Below, piece by piece: positions 42,211 through 51,886 of a stretch of 64,000 bases of DNA. The DNA is from Promethearchaeati archaeon. GTDB lineage: Archaea; Asgardarchaeota; Heimdallarchaeia; Heimdallarchaeales; Heimdallarchaeaceae. The stretch covers positions 64,001-128,000 of the forward strand of contig JABLTJ010000003.1 in NCBI GenBank assembly GCA_013166775.1. Direction: 5' to 3'. Under the pieces are notes generated by a model that was not told the DNA's origin, did no database searches, and saw only the letters and a program-made list of their open reading frames with translations. A program made the position numbers and the translations under genes. The stretch's first letter is position 1. Every line of letters starts with the position of its first letter.

Positions 42211-43176
42211 ATGAGATCTAAACTTAGAGGAAAAGACTTCATAACTTTACGTGATTGGTCAAAAGAAGAAATTGATATTCTTCTAGAAGTTTCAGCTGAA
42301 ATTAAAGAGAAATTCAAGAAAGGAGAAGTAACTCCTTATCTTCCCTATCAAACAATGTTTCTAATGTTCTTTGAGCAATCAACCAGAACGAGAAACTCAA
42401 TGGAAGCAGGATTTGCTCAACTGGGTGGTCATGCTAATTTTCTAGATACTTCTACCATGCAAATTTCTCATGGTGAAGAAGCACGAGATACAGCTGCTAT
42501 CTTGTCTAGTTATGGTCATGCAATCGCTTGCAGAAATTGTTTCTGGGGAATAGGAAACAAATATCTCAATGATATGGCAAAACATTCCAAGGTTCCCATC
42601 ATGAATCTGCAGTGTGATCTATTCCACCCTATGCAAGGAATTGCAGATTTATTGACAATTACCGAACACAAAGGGAAAACTAAAAATCTCAAGGTTTCAA
42701 TCATCTGGGCTTATGCTACAAGTCATAAGAAACCTATCTCTGTTCCACTCACTCAAGCATTACTTTTCCCACGCTATGGAATGGATGTAACCTTAGCTTA
42801 TCCAGAAGGTTTTGAACTACCAGACTGGGTAATTGTAGAAGCAAAAGAGAATGCTGAGAAAAATGGTGGTTCCTTTAGAATCACTCTCGATATGAAGGAA
42901 GCTTATACTAACGCAGATATTGTTATTCCTAAGAACTGGGGTAGTTGGAGTGGTAAGAAGGGAGATATGGACTTAGAGCAATTCAAAGACTGGAAATGTA
43001 CAGAAGAGATGATAAAACTTGCTTCACCAGATGTAAAATACATGCATGCACTTCCAGCTGATAGAGGAAATGAAGTGGAAGATTCAGTCATAGATGGTCC
43101 TCATTCTATCGTTCTTGATGAAGCAGAAAATAGGCTCCATACTGCAAAAGCTGTAATGATTTTAACAATGGGCTAG
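42211..43176 (+). CDS. Ornithine carbamoyltransferase-family protein (likely YgeW-role transcarbamylase)
   Basis: STRTR, HPMQ, HALP, EAENR; directly follows ygeY. Confidence 0.85.
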   Translation: MRSKLRGKDFITLRDWSKEEIDILLEVSAEIKEKFKKGEVTPYLPYQTMFLMFFEQSTRTRNSMEAGFAQLGGHANFLDTSTMQISHGEEARDTAAILSSYGHAIACRNCFWGIGNKYLNDMAKHSKVPIMNLQCDLFHPMQGIADLLTITEHKGKTKNLKVSIIWAYATSHKKPISVPLTQALLFPRYGMDVTLAYPEGFELPDWVIVEAKENAEKNGGSFRITLDMKEAYTNADIVIPKNWGSWSGKKGDMDLEQFKDWKCTEEMIKLASPDVKYMHALPADRGNEVEDSVIDGPHSIVLDEAENRLHTAKAVMILTMG

Positions 43177-43186
43177 AATAAAAGCT

Positions 43187-43516
43187 TTAGTGAGGCGAGG
43201 CGCTTTGAAATGAATCGAGCATTTTGAAGGTATCCTTGATAGATTCCATGTAAAAATCGCCTGCTCGGGTCATTTTAGCATCAGCAAATCCTGTTACCTT
43301 ATCACCTAATCGGAGCATAGCTGTTTCATGTGCTAAACGAGTCCTAGTGGAAGGTTGGTAAAAAGCTGTTACCAAGGTTTTCTCTTTCAGCAAGTCAACA
43401 TTTTTCCTGTTACGAGCAATCGGTTCCAATTTTTCTGCAACCTCAAATATTCGCTCAAATTCATGGCGTTCAAAATCTTTTAATGAAAGAATGTCACGCC
43501 CTTTAAAACTTCTCAT
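43187..43516 (-). pseudogene. Truncated aspartate carbamoyltransferase-family gene (N-terminal third)
   Basis: FYQPSTRTR, ESIKDT, then homology ends. Confidence 0.8.
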
Positions 43517-43667
43517 AATTATTCTCCTTTAACTGAAAGTAAAATTTCTTCTAATCTAATTTTATAAAAGTTTCTTTCTGCAATATAAGATATGATTTTT
43601 CACTACTCCTGTTCAAAAAATACCAAAATGGATAACTTTTATTTATACTGTAGTTTATGGTCAAATC

Positions 43668-44999
43668 ATGAAAGACAATTTCATGTATGATTTAGGTCTT
43701 ATAAATGGTAAAGTCTATCAAGATGGAAAATTTGCAGATTTAGACATATACATCAAAGATCACATTATAGCAGAAATTGTTTCTCCAGGCAAAAACCCTC
43801 CTTGTGAAAAAATAGTAAGTTGTACAAATATGTTGATCTTGCCTGGATTTATTGATCCACATGTTCACATCAATCTTGATTTAGGTGAATTCAAATCGGC
43901 TGATGATTATGAGAGTGCTTCTAAAGCTGCAGCTTTTGGTGGTATAACCACTTTTATCGATTTTCTTGAACCAATTAATTCAGTAAATGAATTTGAAGCA
44001 GTGTTAAAGAAGAAACAAAAAGAAGCAAAAGAATCCTATGTTGATTTTGCTTTCCATACAACAGTTGGTAACTATAATGATGATGTAGACAAACTAATCA
44101 AGATTTCACGAGAAAATGGCATCCCCTCAATAAAACTATTCACTACATATTCCGAATCTAATCGCAAAATTTCTTATAGCAAACTTAGGGAGTTCTTGGA
44201 GCATTCCAGTAAATCAGATACACTAATTTTGGTTCATGCTGAAAACGATGAAATGATTCTAAACGCAGCTGTTGAAGATACAGTAGCTGATTATGAAAGT
44301 TCTAGACCAGCAATTGCTGAAATAGAAGAAGTAAAGAAAATAGCAAAGATAGCAGAAGAGCTAAAAGGACAACTCTATATTGTTCATATTACTTGTGGCT
44401 CTTCTATTGAGCATCTGGAGGAGGAATACAAGGAATTACTAGGTAAGAATATCTTCATTGAAAGTTGTCCTCAGTATTTCCACCTAACAAAAGAACTCTA
44501 TGAAAATGAAAATGGGAACCTATACCTTATAGCTCCACCATTACGTTCAATTGAAGAACAGAAGAAGCTTAAGGTTAATATCTCATCTATACATACAATT
44601 GGAACTGATCATTGTCCCTTTACTAAAGAAGAAAAAACGCGCTATGAAGAAGCAAGTAAAATCCCTAAAGGTTTAGGAAGTTTGGAATTCAGTTTTTCAC
44701 TTATGTATCATCTTTTTGGTAATGAAATCATAGATAAATTCTCTCTAAATCCTGCAAAGATTCACAATCTCTATCCAAAGAAAGGTATAATCCAAGTTGG
44801 TTCTGATGCTGATTTTGTTATTTTTGACCCTGTGAAGGTATTATATATAGATTCAGGAAATTCTAGAACTGACTATTCACCTTACGAAAATATGGTAACT
44901 AAAGGTATTGTTGAATCAACTATTTTAAGAGGAGAATTTCTTGTAAAAAAAAGAAAATTGGTTGGAGAAAAGAGGGGGAAATTTATTAATAGAAAATAG
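43668..44999 (+). CDS. Dihydropyrimidinase/HyuA-like cyclic amidohydrolase
   Basis: PGFIDPHVH, GGITT, VHAEN, GTDHCPF. Confidence 0.88.
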   Translation: MKDNFMYDLGLINGKVYQDGKFADLDIYIKDHIIAEIVSPGKNPPCEKIVSCTNMLILPGFIDPHVHINLDLGEFKSADDYESASKAAAFGGITTFIDFLEPINSVNEFEAVLKKKQKEAKESYVDFAFHTTVGNYNDDVDKLIKISRENGIPSIKLFTTYSESNRKISYSKLREFLEHSSKSDTLILVHAENDEMILNAAVEDTVADYESSRPAIAEIEEVKKIAKIAEELKGQLYIVHITCGSSIEHLEEEYKELLGKNIFIESCPQYFHLTKELYENENGNLYLIAPPLRSIEEQKKLKVNISSIHTIGTDHCPFTKEEKTRYEEASKIPKGLGSLEFSFSLMYHLFGNEIIDKFSLNPAKIHNLYPKKGIIQVGSDADFVIFDPVKVLYIDSGNSRTDYSPYENMVTKGIVESTILRGEFLVKKRKLVGEKRGKFINRK

Positions 45000-45000
45000 A

Positions 45001-45087
45001 TTAATTACGATTTTTCCGTTCCATCCTCTTCCTAAGATTTAGAAGAACCGTCATAAAGACAATTGAAGGAAATAGCATCATAAAATT
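45001..45087 (-). pseudogene. Orphan C-terminal membrane-anchor fragment of a surface protein
   Basis: Reverse translation NFMMLFPSIVFMTVLLNLRKRMERKNRN*. Confidence 0.45.
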
Positions 45088-45091
45088 ATAA

Positions 45092-45862
45092 TCTATTTTT
45101 TTTGGTATTTTACTTAATGGAAAAGGATCTGTAGAAACATATCCCTACTACCCATACAGCAGGTATTATTTTGGATCTAATGAATTATGGAATACTAGCT
45201 TTATTCCCGAAGGTTCAGTAGTAAAGATGTTCGTAGAAAACAATAATTTAGTTATAGGAACAACAACAGATTTGTATATTCTAGATTCACAAACTGGACT
45301 TCAGAAGAATAGAAAAACCTTTGATAAAGAAGCTAATTATTTTGCATCTTTAGATGAAGGAATATTAGTAGCTTACTGGGAAAATCTCCCTAATAATTCT
45401 AGTTATGTGTTCGAATATTATGATTATAACTGTAAAAGATTGTGGAAAGAAGAAATAGAAACAGAATTTGCATCACAATATTTAGCACTTATACAAACCA
45501 AAGGACTACATTTTGTTTATCAGAGAGTAGAAAGAGGTGAAGATAAGGAGTTGATGGATTATGGAGCATATGTATACAATAGTAAAGGAGTGCTCCAGAC
45601 TCAAATAATCTACGATTATTCAACACATGATTTTTATACGAAGGGCTGGTTCTATTATCTAGATATTATGCCTTCTTTAGATAATTCCGTCTATTTTATT
45701 ATGAAGAATGATACTGCGGAAAATCCGTACACTTTGAATAAATATACATATACTGAAGTAAAGGGAATCGATGGTTTTTCATTTATTTCTAGTATATTTT
45801 CAGGCATAATAGTAGTGATTATGGTTAAAAAGATTAAAAGAAAAGGAATCAGAGGTGATTAA
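45092..45862 (+). CDS. Surface protein with C-terminal anchor, 5' truncated
   Basis: Frame open from about 45092 with partial signal (SIFFGILL) but no start codon; tail GFSFISSIFSGIIVVIMVKKIKRK. Confidence 0.6.
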   Translation, partial: SIFFGILLNGKGSVETYPYYPYSRYYFGSNELWNTSFIPEGSVVKMFVENNNLVIGTTTDLYILDSQTGLQKNRKTFDKEANYFASLDEGILVAYWENLPNNSSYVFEYYDYNCKRLWKEEIETEFASQYLALIQTKGLHFVYQRVERGEDKELMDYGAYVYNSKGVLQTQIIYDYSTHDFYTKGWFYYLDIMPSLDNSVYFIMKNDTAENPYTLNKYTYTEVKGIDGFSFISSIFSGIIVVIMVKKIKRKGIRGD

Positions 45863-46588
45863 ATGAAAAAATATTTCTCTATTTACCTAATTTTACTTTG
45901 TTTTTGTGCTAATAGCATCTATAATTCAGCTCAAGGTACAAATTTTTATTTCTCTTCATATTTAGGTGTTGGTGATACGATCTCATGGTATGTTGATAAA
46001 TTTGTATATGAAGGGGAGAATGTCACAGAGCTTCTCCAAACGAATTTTCTAACCTTTTTACATGAATCAGAGATTAAAATAGAAGTTCTAACCGATCTAA
46101 CAGATTATAATTTAGGAGAACATTTTTTAGATTTTCTTGGAAATACTTCACTTTTCTTCGAATACCGAATTAATGATGAGATTTGTTATGATAATTCTTC
46201 AGTAGGTATGACCATATTATTCACCTTAATTCTACCTGGTGAATATAGAACAGGTTCTGATATTAACTTTGATATTATAGAATATTTTGAAACAGTAATT
46301 TCTGGTTTTACAGATTGTTCATACAGCTATAAGTCAGTAGATAAATTAATAGAAGTAACTAATTATTCTGGTGATGAAGTATACTATTTCAATAAGGATA
46401 CAGGGATTCTGGATAACCTTGAAATTATTCAACAAGGAATGGGTTTTGAATTAAAAGTTTCTGTACAAGAAATGAATTTATCTGGTATAAAAGAAACTAT
46501 ATTCTCAATTCTCTTGATTCCATTTATTCTCATAGCAGTAATTGCCTATGTTAAGAAAAAAAGGGGAAAGAAATTAGAATTAGTTTAA
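45863..46588 (+). CDS. Secreted, C-terminally anchored surface protein
   Basis: Signal peptide; NKDTGIL; TM plus KKKRGKK. Confidence 0.8.
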   Translation: MKKYFSIYLILLCFCANSIYNSAQGTNFYFSSYLGVGDTISWYVDKFVYEGENVTELLQTNFLTFLHESEIKIEVLTDLTDYNLGEHFLDFLGNTSLFFEYRINDEICYDNSSVGMTILFTLILPGEYRTGSDINFDIIEYFETVISGFTDCSYSYKSVDKLIEVTNYSGDEVYYFNKDTGILDNLEIIQQGMGFELKVSVQEMNLSGIKETIFSILLIPFILIAVIAYVKKKRGKKLELV

Positions 46589-46649
46589 GTGAGTGCTAGA
46601 TTAATTTTATGAACCAATATCCCCCTCATAATAATTTCACTTTATATAA

Positions 46650-46794
46650 ATTCTGAACCTTATAATGAGATGGAATTTATAGGTGAATTAGTTCAAGAGC
46701 GTTAAGATTAGAGTTTACTGAACAAGGAAAACCTGTAAAACTAGTTGTACTGAATGCAGAAGATGAAGAACTTGAGTTTAAATATATTGAGTAA
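46650..46794 (+). pseudogene. Diverged relic of the 3' end of the SagB-type gene at 48021..49070
   Basis: PYNEMEFIGE/SSRALRLEFTEQGKPVKLVVLNAEDEELEFKYIE* versus PYNETEFIGEFSSRALRFEFTEKGKPEKVIVLTTEDEIVELEYLE*. Confidence 0.85.
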
Positions 46795-46799
46795 TGCAA

Positions 46800-47100
46800 A
46801 AAAACAGTTGAGAGAAACGAGAAAATAGATGATTTGTGTTCTAAAATAGGAAGAAATCCAAAGACACTCAAACGTTCACTCTTAATATATGGAGAAAAAG
46901 CCTTAAACTTATTTGAACAAGAAGATAATTTCTCTAAGTATGTTGAGAAATATTCTGGAATAGGAATAGAGGAATTCATATTCTATTATTCAGGGAAAGA
47001 AAATATGCAAAAACACTTGAAAAAATTGCTAAGGAGATACTTCCAACTTTTCGATGATATTTTCCTAAAAAAACAAAATCGTAATGTAACAAAATCGTAA
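46800..47100 (+). pseudogene. C-terminal fragment of an LLM (F420/flavin-dependent) oxidoreductase
   Basis: ERNEKIDDLCSKIGRNPKTLKRS...YSGIGIEEFIFYY. Confidence 0.55.
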
Positions 47101-47104
47101 TGTA
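47073..47104. repeat. Perfect 16-nt tandem duplication ACAAAATCGTAATGTA x2
   Basis: Read directly from sequence. Confidence 0.85.
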
Positions 47105-47173
47105 TTAGATAATCACCAAAAAATCATACAAAAATTATATAAATCTCTCAGAGTTAAGTGAAAATAGAGGATT

Positions 47174-47923
47174 ATGAGAAACAAAATTAAGTATCTATTA
47201 TTCTTAATTCTTGCCTTGTCATTAACTTATAATTTTCAAACAGAAGCTTATAGTCCTTCTGATGTGAATTTTCATGAAAGTATACAAATTGGAGAAACTT
47301 TTCATTGGGAATTCACAAAATACATCGCTTCTGATGTACATTATCCAGATTTAAGTACTGAATATAAAAAAGGAGATATCATAAGGGCAGAAATAGTTGC
47401 AGAACCAGTATTCTCAATTTCTGCTTCATTGATTCCTCAACCTATAAAAGAAGATGGGTGGATTGAATATTCACTCAATGAAACAATTATAGATATATCA
47501 ACAGGAGTATTTACTACGATGGGAGTTTATCCATTTAGTTTCTTCTATCCTTTGAGTTATTATGATTCAGCTGAAGATTTGCAAGATTATTTCACTGAAT
47601 ACTTTGATTATTTTAATCAGTATTTTGTTAGTCAGAGTACAAGAGATAATGATTACTGGCAAAAACTTAGTGATGATTTCTATGAAAATAGATATACTAG
47701 AAGAGATGAAGATGGAAGAGGATATGTATATCTAAAAATCCATCTAGCAACTGGATTTTTATCGCAAGTTGAAGTTGAAAGACACTCTTCTGATAACGAA
47801 TATGATGTTCATTATATGCTTGAATCAGTAGAATATAGAGCAGTAAAATTTAATTTTTTAGTTACAGGATTTTCACTCTTATTACTCACTACAGTCATGT
47901 TAGCATTACGAAAGAGAAAGTAA
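47174..47923 (+). CDS. Secreted, C-terminally anchored surface protein
   Basis: Signal peptide; GETFHWEFTKY, KKGDIIRAEI, ATGFL; TM plus RKRK. Confidence 0.8.
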   Translation: MRNKIKYLLFLILALSLTYNFQTEAYSPSDVNFHESIQIGETFHWEFTKYIASDVHYPDLSTEYKKGDIIRAEIVAEPVFSISASLIPQPIKEDGWIEYSLNETIIDISTGVFTTMGVYPFSFFYPLSYYDSAEDLQDYFTEYFDYFNQYFVSQSTRDNDYWQKLSDDFYENRYTRRDEDGRGYVYLKIHLATGFLSQVEVERHSSDNEYDVHYMLESVEYRAVKFNFLVTGFSLLLLTTVMLALRKRK

Positions 47924-48020
47924 ATCCAAATAATGAAATAACAGTAATATATCAAATAATATTTGATATCAGTCTAAATTTATTGCAAATATTAATTAAT
48001 GCTCTTTGTTAATTCCAGTT

Positions 48021-49070
48021 ATGAATTCAAACAGAAAATTTCTGCGTTTTTTTGATTCTGAAGAATACGAAAAAGTAGTTCCAGAATCAGATGAACAAAA
48101 GAAGGTTGCTCCTCCACTATTCCAACAACCTTATCCTGAAGATGCAAAACTCATTGATTTGATTCCTCCTGAGAAGTTTACTATTGGAAAAACTCCTTTT
48201 CTTGACCTTGTAAACAGTAGGATAAGCAGAAGAAAATATACAGAAGAACCTATATTTCTAGAGGAGCTGTCATTCTTACTCTGGTGTACTCAAGGGATAA
48301 AGAAAATCTTAAAATCAAGATTAGGCGTTAAAAGAACTGTTCCTTCAGCTGGAGCTAAAAGTCCATTAGAAACCTATCTGGTTGTAAATAGAGTAGATGG
48401 ATTAGAACCAGGATTATATAGATATATCTCTTTTACTCACCAATTAATGTATATCAAACAAACTGATGATGCTGAAGAGAAGATAGGTGAATTAGCTTTC
48501 AATCAGAAATTTGTAGGAAGAGCTCCATTGATTTTCTGCTGGACTGCTGTTCCATATCGGACAGAATGGCGTTATACAATTCTTTCACATAAATTCATTG
48601 CTATTGACCTAGGTATTGTTAGTCAAAGTCTCTATATGGCTTGTGAGGCAATCAATTTGGGAACAGTTGCAATTGGTTATTATGAACAGAATAAAATGGA
48701 TGAATTATTTGAATTAGATTCAGATGAAGAATTTGTTGTCCTTCTTGCTCCAGTTGGAAAATATAAAGAAGAAAAGAAGCTATCTGAATTTTTCAAATAT
48801 CCTAAGAGGGAAATCACCCCAGAAGACCTAGCAAAATTAATAGGAAAATACAAACGAAAGAATGAAGTTGAATTCATTGTAAAAGATGATAATCTAGTAG
48901 TCAAAGTAGGGGAGTTTGAAGAAATTCTAGATCCATATAATGAAACAGAATTCATTGGAGAATTTAGCTCAAGAGCATTAAGATTCGAGTTTACAGAAAA
49001 AGGAAAACCTGAAAAAGTAATTGTATTAACTACAGAGGATGAAATAGTAGAATTGGAATATTTAGAATAA
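48021..49070 (+). CDS. SagB/ThcOx-type nitroreductase with extra C-terminal domain
   Basis: RISRRKY, ELSFLLWCTQG, RTVPSAGA, PLETY. Confidence 0.85.
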   Translation: MNSNRKFLRFFDSEEYEKVVPESDEQKKVAPPLFQQPYPEDAKLIDLIPPEKFTIGKTPFLDLVNSRISRRKYTEEPIFLEELSFLLWCTQGIKKILKSRLGVKRTVPSAGAKSPLETYLVVNRVDGLEPGLYRYISFTHQLMYIKQTDDAEEKIGELAFNQKFVGRAPLIFCWTAVPYRTEWRYTILSHKFIAIDLGIVSQSLYMACEAINLGTVAIGYYEQNKMDELFELDSDEEFVVLLAPVGKYKEEKKLSEFFKYPKREITPEDLAKLIGKYKRKNEVEFIVKDDNLVVKVGEFEEILDPYNETEFIGEFSSRALRFEFTEKGKPEKVIVLTTEDEIVELEYLE

Positions 49071-49117
49071 AATAATGATTATAGAGATAGTTATGGCCTT
49101 ATTAAAGTTCAAAATGT

Positions 49118-50266
49118 ATGGAGAGCGATCAAATGAAATATGATGAATATAACATCAGTCAGAAAGAAATCAGATTATTAGAAGAATTAGAAGATCTAAT
49201 TGGAGATCCTTTGCCAATTGTTAAGAACATCAATTGGGATACATATGGTATTAAAATAGAAAATGGAAGGATTACTGGTTTAGGTCTATATTCAAAGAAT
49301 TTAACATTTCTTCCTGATAATTTCGGAGATTTAGTAAACCTTAGAGAATTATATCTTACAAATAATCAGTTGACATATCTTCCGAACAGCATAGGGAAAC
49401 TATCAAAACTAGAAATATTATGGATTATAGATAACCGTCTAATTACTTTTAATGAAAACATCTGTGATCTTACAAATCTTAGAATTTTGTGGATTACTGA
49501 ATGTTGGATTGGAAATCTTCCAGAATGTTTAGGGAATTTAAGAAATCTTAGAATCTTTAATTTTAATAACAATAAACCATTATCATCTCTACCGAAGAGT
49601 TTTGGTAATTTAATTAATCTTGAAGAACTTCATTTAAGAGGAAATAAATTTAGTTCTCTCCCAGATTTTATAGGTAATTTGCATCTTTTACGAAAAATTA
49701 ATCTTCAATGCAATAGAATTACTTCAATTCCTGAAAACATTTGTAATTTGAAGAATTTACAAGCTTTACATCTAGATGTTAATGAACTAACATCTTTACC
49801 AAAAGAAATTGGAAACCTTCAGAATTTGAAATTCCTTGATGCATATGGAAATAAGATTACATTTATCCCAGAAAGTATAGGAAAATTGAAAAATCTGATA
49901 AGATTGGATTTAGATGAAAACCTCTTAAAAGATATCCCTGATACTCTCTGTAATTTAATAAACTTAAAAGACTTAGGTCTTTCAGCGAATAAATTATCTT
50001 TTCTTCCTGATGATATTGGTCAATTAGAACAACTAAGGAAATTATCTTTAGGTCTGAATAAATTATTCAATCTTCCAGAGAGTTTTTGGAATCTACATAA
50101 CTTAGAATGGCTATCTATAAGAAATAACAAGCTAGAATTGTTGCCAGAAGAAATTCAGAATCTCAAGAAACTTCATACTCTTCGAATAGCTCGTAACCCA
50201 TTGAAATCTCATCCTAAATCTTTAAAGAATCTTAGGAATCAAGGATGTGATATTGATATAAGTTGA
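49118..50266 (+). CDS. Leucine-rich repeat protein
   Basis: About 13 repeats of LxxLxLxxNxLxxLPxxIGxL. Confidence 0.92.
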   Translation: MESDQMKYDEYNISQKEIRLLEELEDLIGDPLPIVKNINWDTYGIKIENGRITGLGLYSKNLTFLPDNFGDLVNLRELYLTNNQLTYLPNSIGKLSKLEILWIIDNRLITFNENICDLTNLRILWITECWIGNLPECLGNLRNLRIFNFNNNKPLSSLPKSFGNLINLEELHLRGNKFSSLPDFIGNLHLLRKINLQCNRITSIPENICNLKNLQALHLDVNELTSLPKEIGNLQNLKFLDAYGNKITFIPESIGKLKNLIRLDLDENLLKDIPDTLCNLINLKDLGLSANKLSFLPDDIGQLEQLRKLSLGLNKLFNLPESFWNLHNLEWLSIRNNKLELLPEEIQNLKKLHTLRIARNPLKSHPKSLKNLRNQGCDIDIS

Positions 50267-50329
50267 ATTTAATTTAGATTGATAATCTCAAGAATTGCAA
50301 ATTCAAGACATGAAGCGTTTTTAACATGC

Positions 50330-50445
50330 TTAAAGTTTTATTACTATTCTAAAATCAGCTTTAAACTCCTTCAATAGATGATGCATTTCATTAATAGCTT
50401 CAGCTTCTAATGAATCAATTTATTAATAATTCATCTAGCTAGATT
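50330..50445 (-). pseudogene. Diverged relic of the 3' end of the ADH gene at 53695..54720
   Basis: LEAEAINEMHHLLKEFKADFRIVIKL* versus LDADAINEIHHQLKEFKADFRTVIKP*. Confidence 0.85.
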
Positions 50446-50494
50446 GAAGACTATTTTGTTAATTTGTTTTGAGCTTATTGAGTAAATGGTTAGA

Positions 50495-50538
50495 TTTATA
50501 AATAGTTATTTTTGTGAATAGTTAGAAAACTAACTATT
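50495..50538 (+). promoter_or_regulatory. TATA box (TTTATAAA) followed by operator-like inverted repeat AATAGTTAG-AAAA-CTAACTATT
   Basis: Perfect 9-4-9 inverted repeat at 50517-50538, upstream of the ABC operon. Confidence 0.65.
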
Positions 50539-50566
50539 ATAGCTTTTTAGCTATGAGGTCTTTTGT

Positions 50567-51886
50567 ATGAAAATAGGGAAAGTAACTATGTTTGCGTTTA
50601 AAAACGCATTTAGAAGGAAAATTGTTGCCATCTTAGCCATTGTAGGTATAAGTGTAGCAATTACTATGCAAGTGACAATCAACACTTTTACAGCAGGAAT
50701 GGATGAAACATTTAACGATATTTTTGGCGAATTAGTTGGAACATTTCAGATTCAGGAGAAAGATTCACCATTCTCATATGCTTCTCAGCTTCCAGCTAAT
50801 ATTACTGAGACAATTATGAGTTTTGAAAACAAATCAGAAATAGCTGTAATAGCAACGGAACAGAATTTACCATCTACTGTAAACAATTATACATCGGAAT
50901 TAGGTTTAAATGAATTTGGTATTCCCATGTCCATAAATATTCGAGGGATAGAGGATTTGGAATCATTCAGTGGAGTGTACTCTGAATTAGAAGAATTGAC
51001 TGAAGGTTCTAGAGTATTCGAGTTTAATCAAAACGAGTGTATCATTCCATACTCTCTCTATGAAAACAATTCGGAATTATTCGATATTGGAAAAGAATTC
51101 TCAATAATGATTAATACTAGCTATACGTATGATTTAGAAATTGTGGGAATAACCTCTGCTGAAGTGGGGGGAATACAACAATCTATAATGGTTATGGGAT
51201 ATGATGTATATGTACCAATTAATGTAACTAACAATGTTCTTTATGAGCTTCTGAGAAATGATACAACAAATCATCTCATGCACTATGAGAGTAGAGGATT
51301 GGATAGCACACAGTATGGAATAGATAATCCAAATCTAGTAGCAATACGAACCTTGATAGACAACTCAAAAGATGTCAATAATTACATAGATGATTTGATA
51401 GCTTATTTAGAATCTCAATATCCTGGAGAAAAATTTTCAGCATTATCCTTAGCTTCAGCTCTTGAGACTATGGATGATTTAATGCAAACACAAGATATTG
51501 TAATCAGCATAGTAACAATTGTTGTTGTTATTTCCGGTAGCATGGGAGTAGTTATTGCTCAATTAGTTGGTGTCGAAGGCAGATCGAAGGAATTTGCTAT
51601 CTTAAAAGCTACAGGTTGGAAAGAAAGTCACATAATCTATTCGGTAATAATAGAAAGTGTTACTCTTGGTGTTTCTGGATCAATTGTAGGTATTATACTC
51701 TCTGCGTTAGCAATCAAAGGGATAGAATCTTTGATGACGATTGGTATGCCATTTGCTGCAGTAATAACTCCTGCTATTATCTTTACTGCAGTAGGAATAG
51801 CAATGGGAATAGGGATTTTAGGAGGACTTTATCCTGGAATAAAAGCAAGTTCTGTAAGACCAATGGAGGTCTTGCAAGGTAGTTAG
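50567..51886 (+). CDS. ABC transporter permease (MacB/FtsX family)
   Basis: RSKEFAILKATGW, GGLYPGIKASSVRPMEVL. Confidence 0.9.
   Translation: MKIGKVTMFAFKNAFRRKIVAILAIVGISVAITMQVTINTFTAGMDETFNDIFGELVGTFQIQEKDSPFSYASQLPANITETIMSFENKSEIAVIATEQNLPSTVNNYTSELGLNEFGIPMSINIRGIEDLESFSGVYSELEELTEGSRVFEFNQNECIIPYSLYENNSELFDIGKEFSIMINTSYTYDLEIVGITSAEVGGIQQSIMVMGYDVYVPINVTNNVLYELLRNDTTNHLMHYESRGLDSTQYGIDNPNLVAIRTLIDNSKDVNNYIDDLIAYLESQYPGEKFSALSLASALETMDDLMQTQDIVISIVTIVVVISGSMGVVIAQLVGVEGRSKEFAILKATGWKESHIIYSVIIESVTLGVSGSIVGIILSALAIKGIESLMTIGMPFAAVITPAIIFTAVGIAMGIGILGGLYPGIKASSVRPMEVLQGS

Noticed and set aside
47073-47104. CRISPR repeat
   Set aside because: Two adjacent 16-nt copies without a spacer; no cas genes
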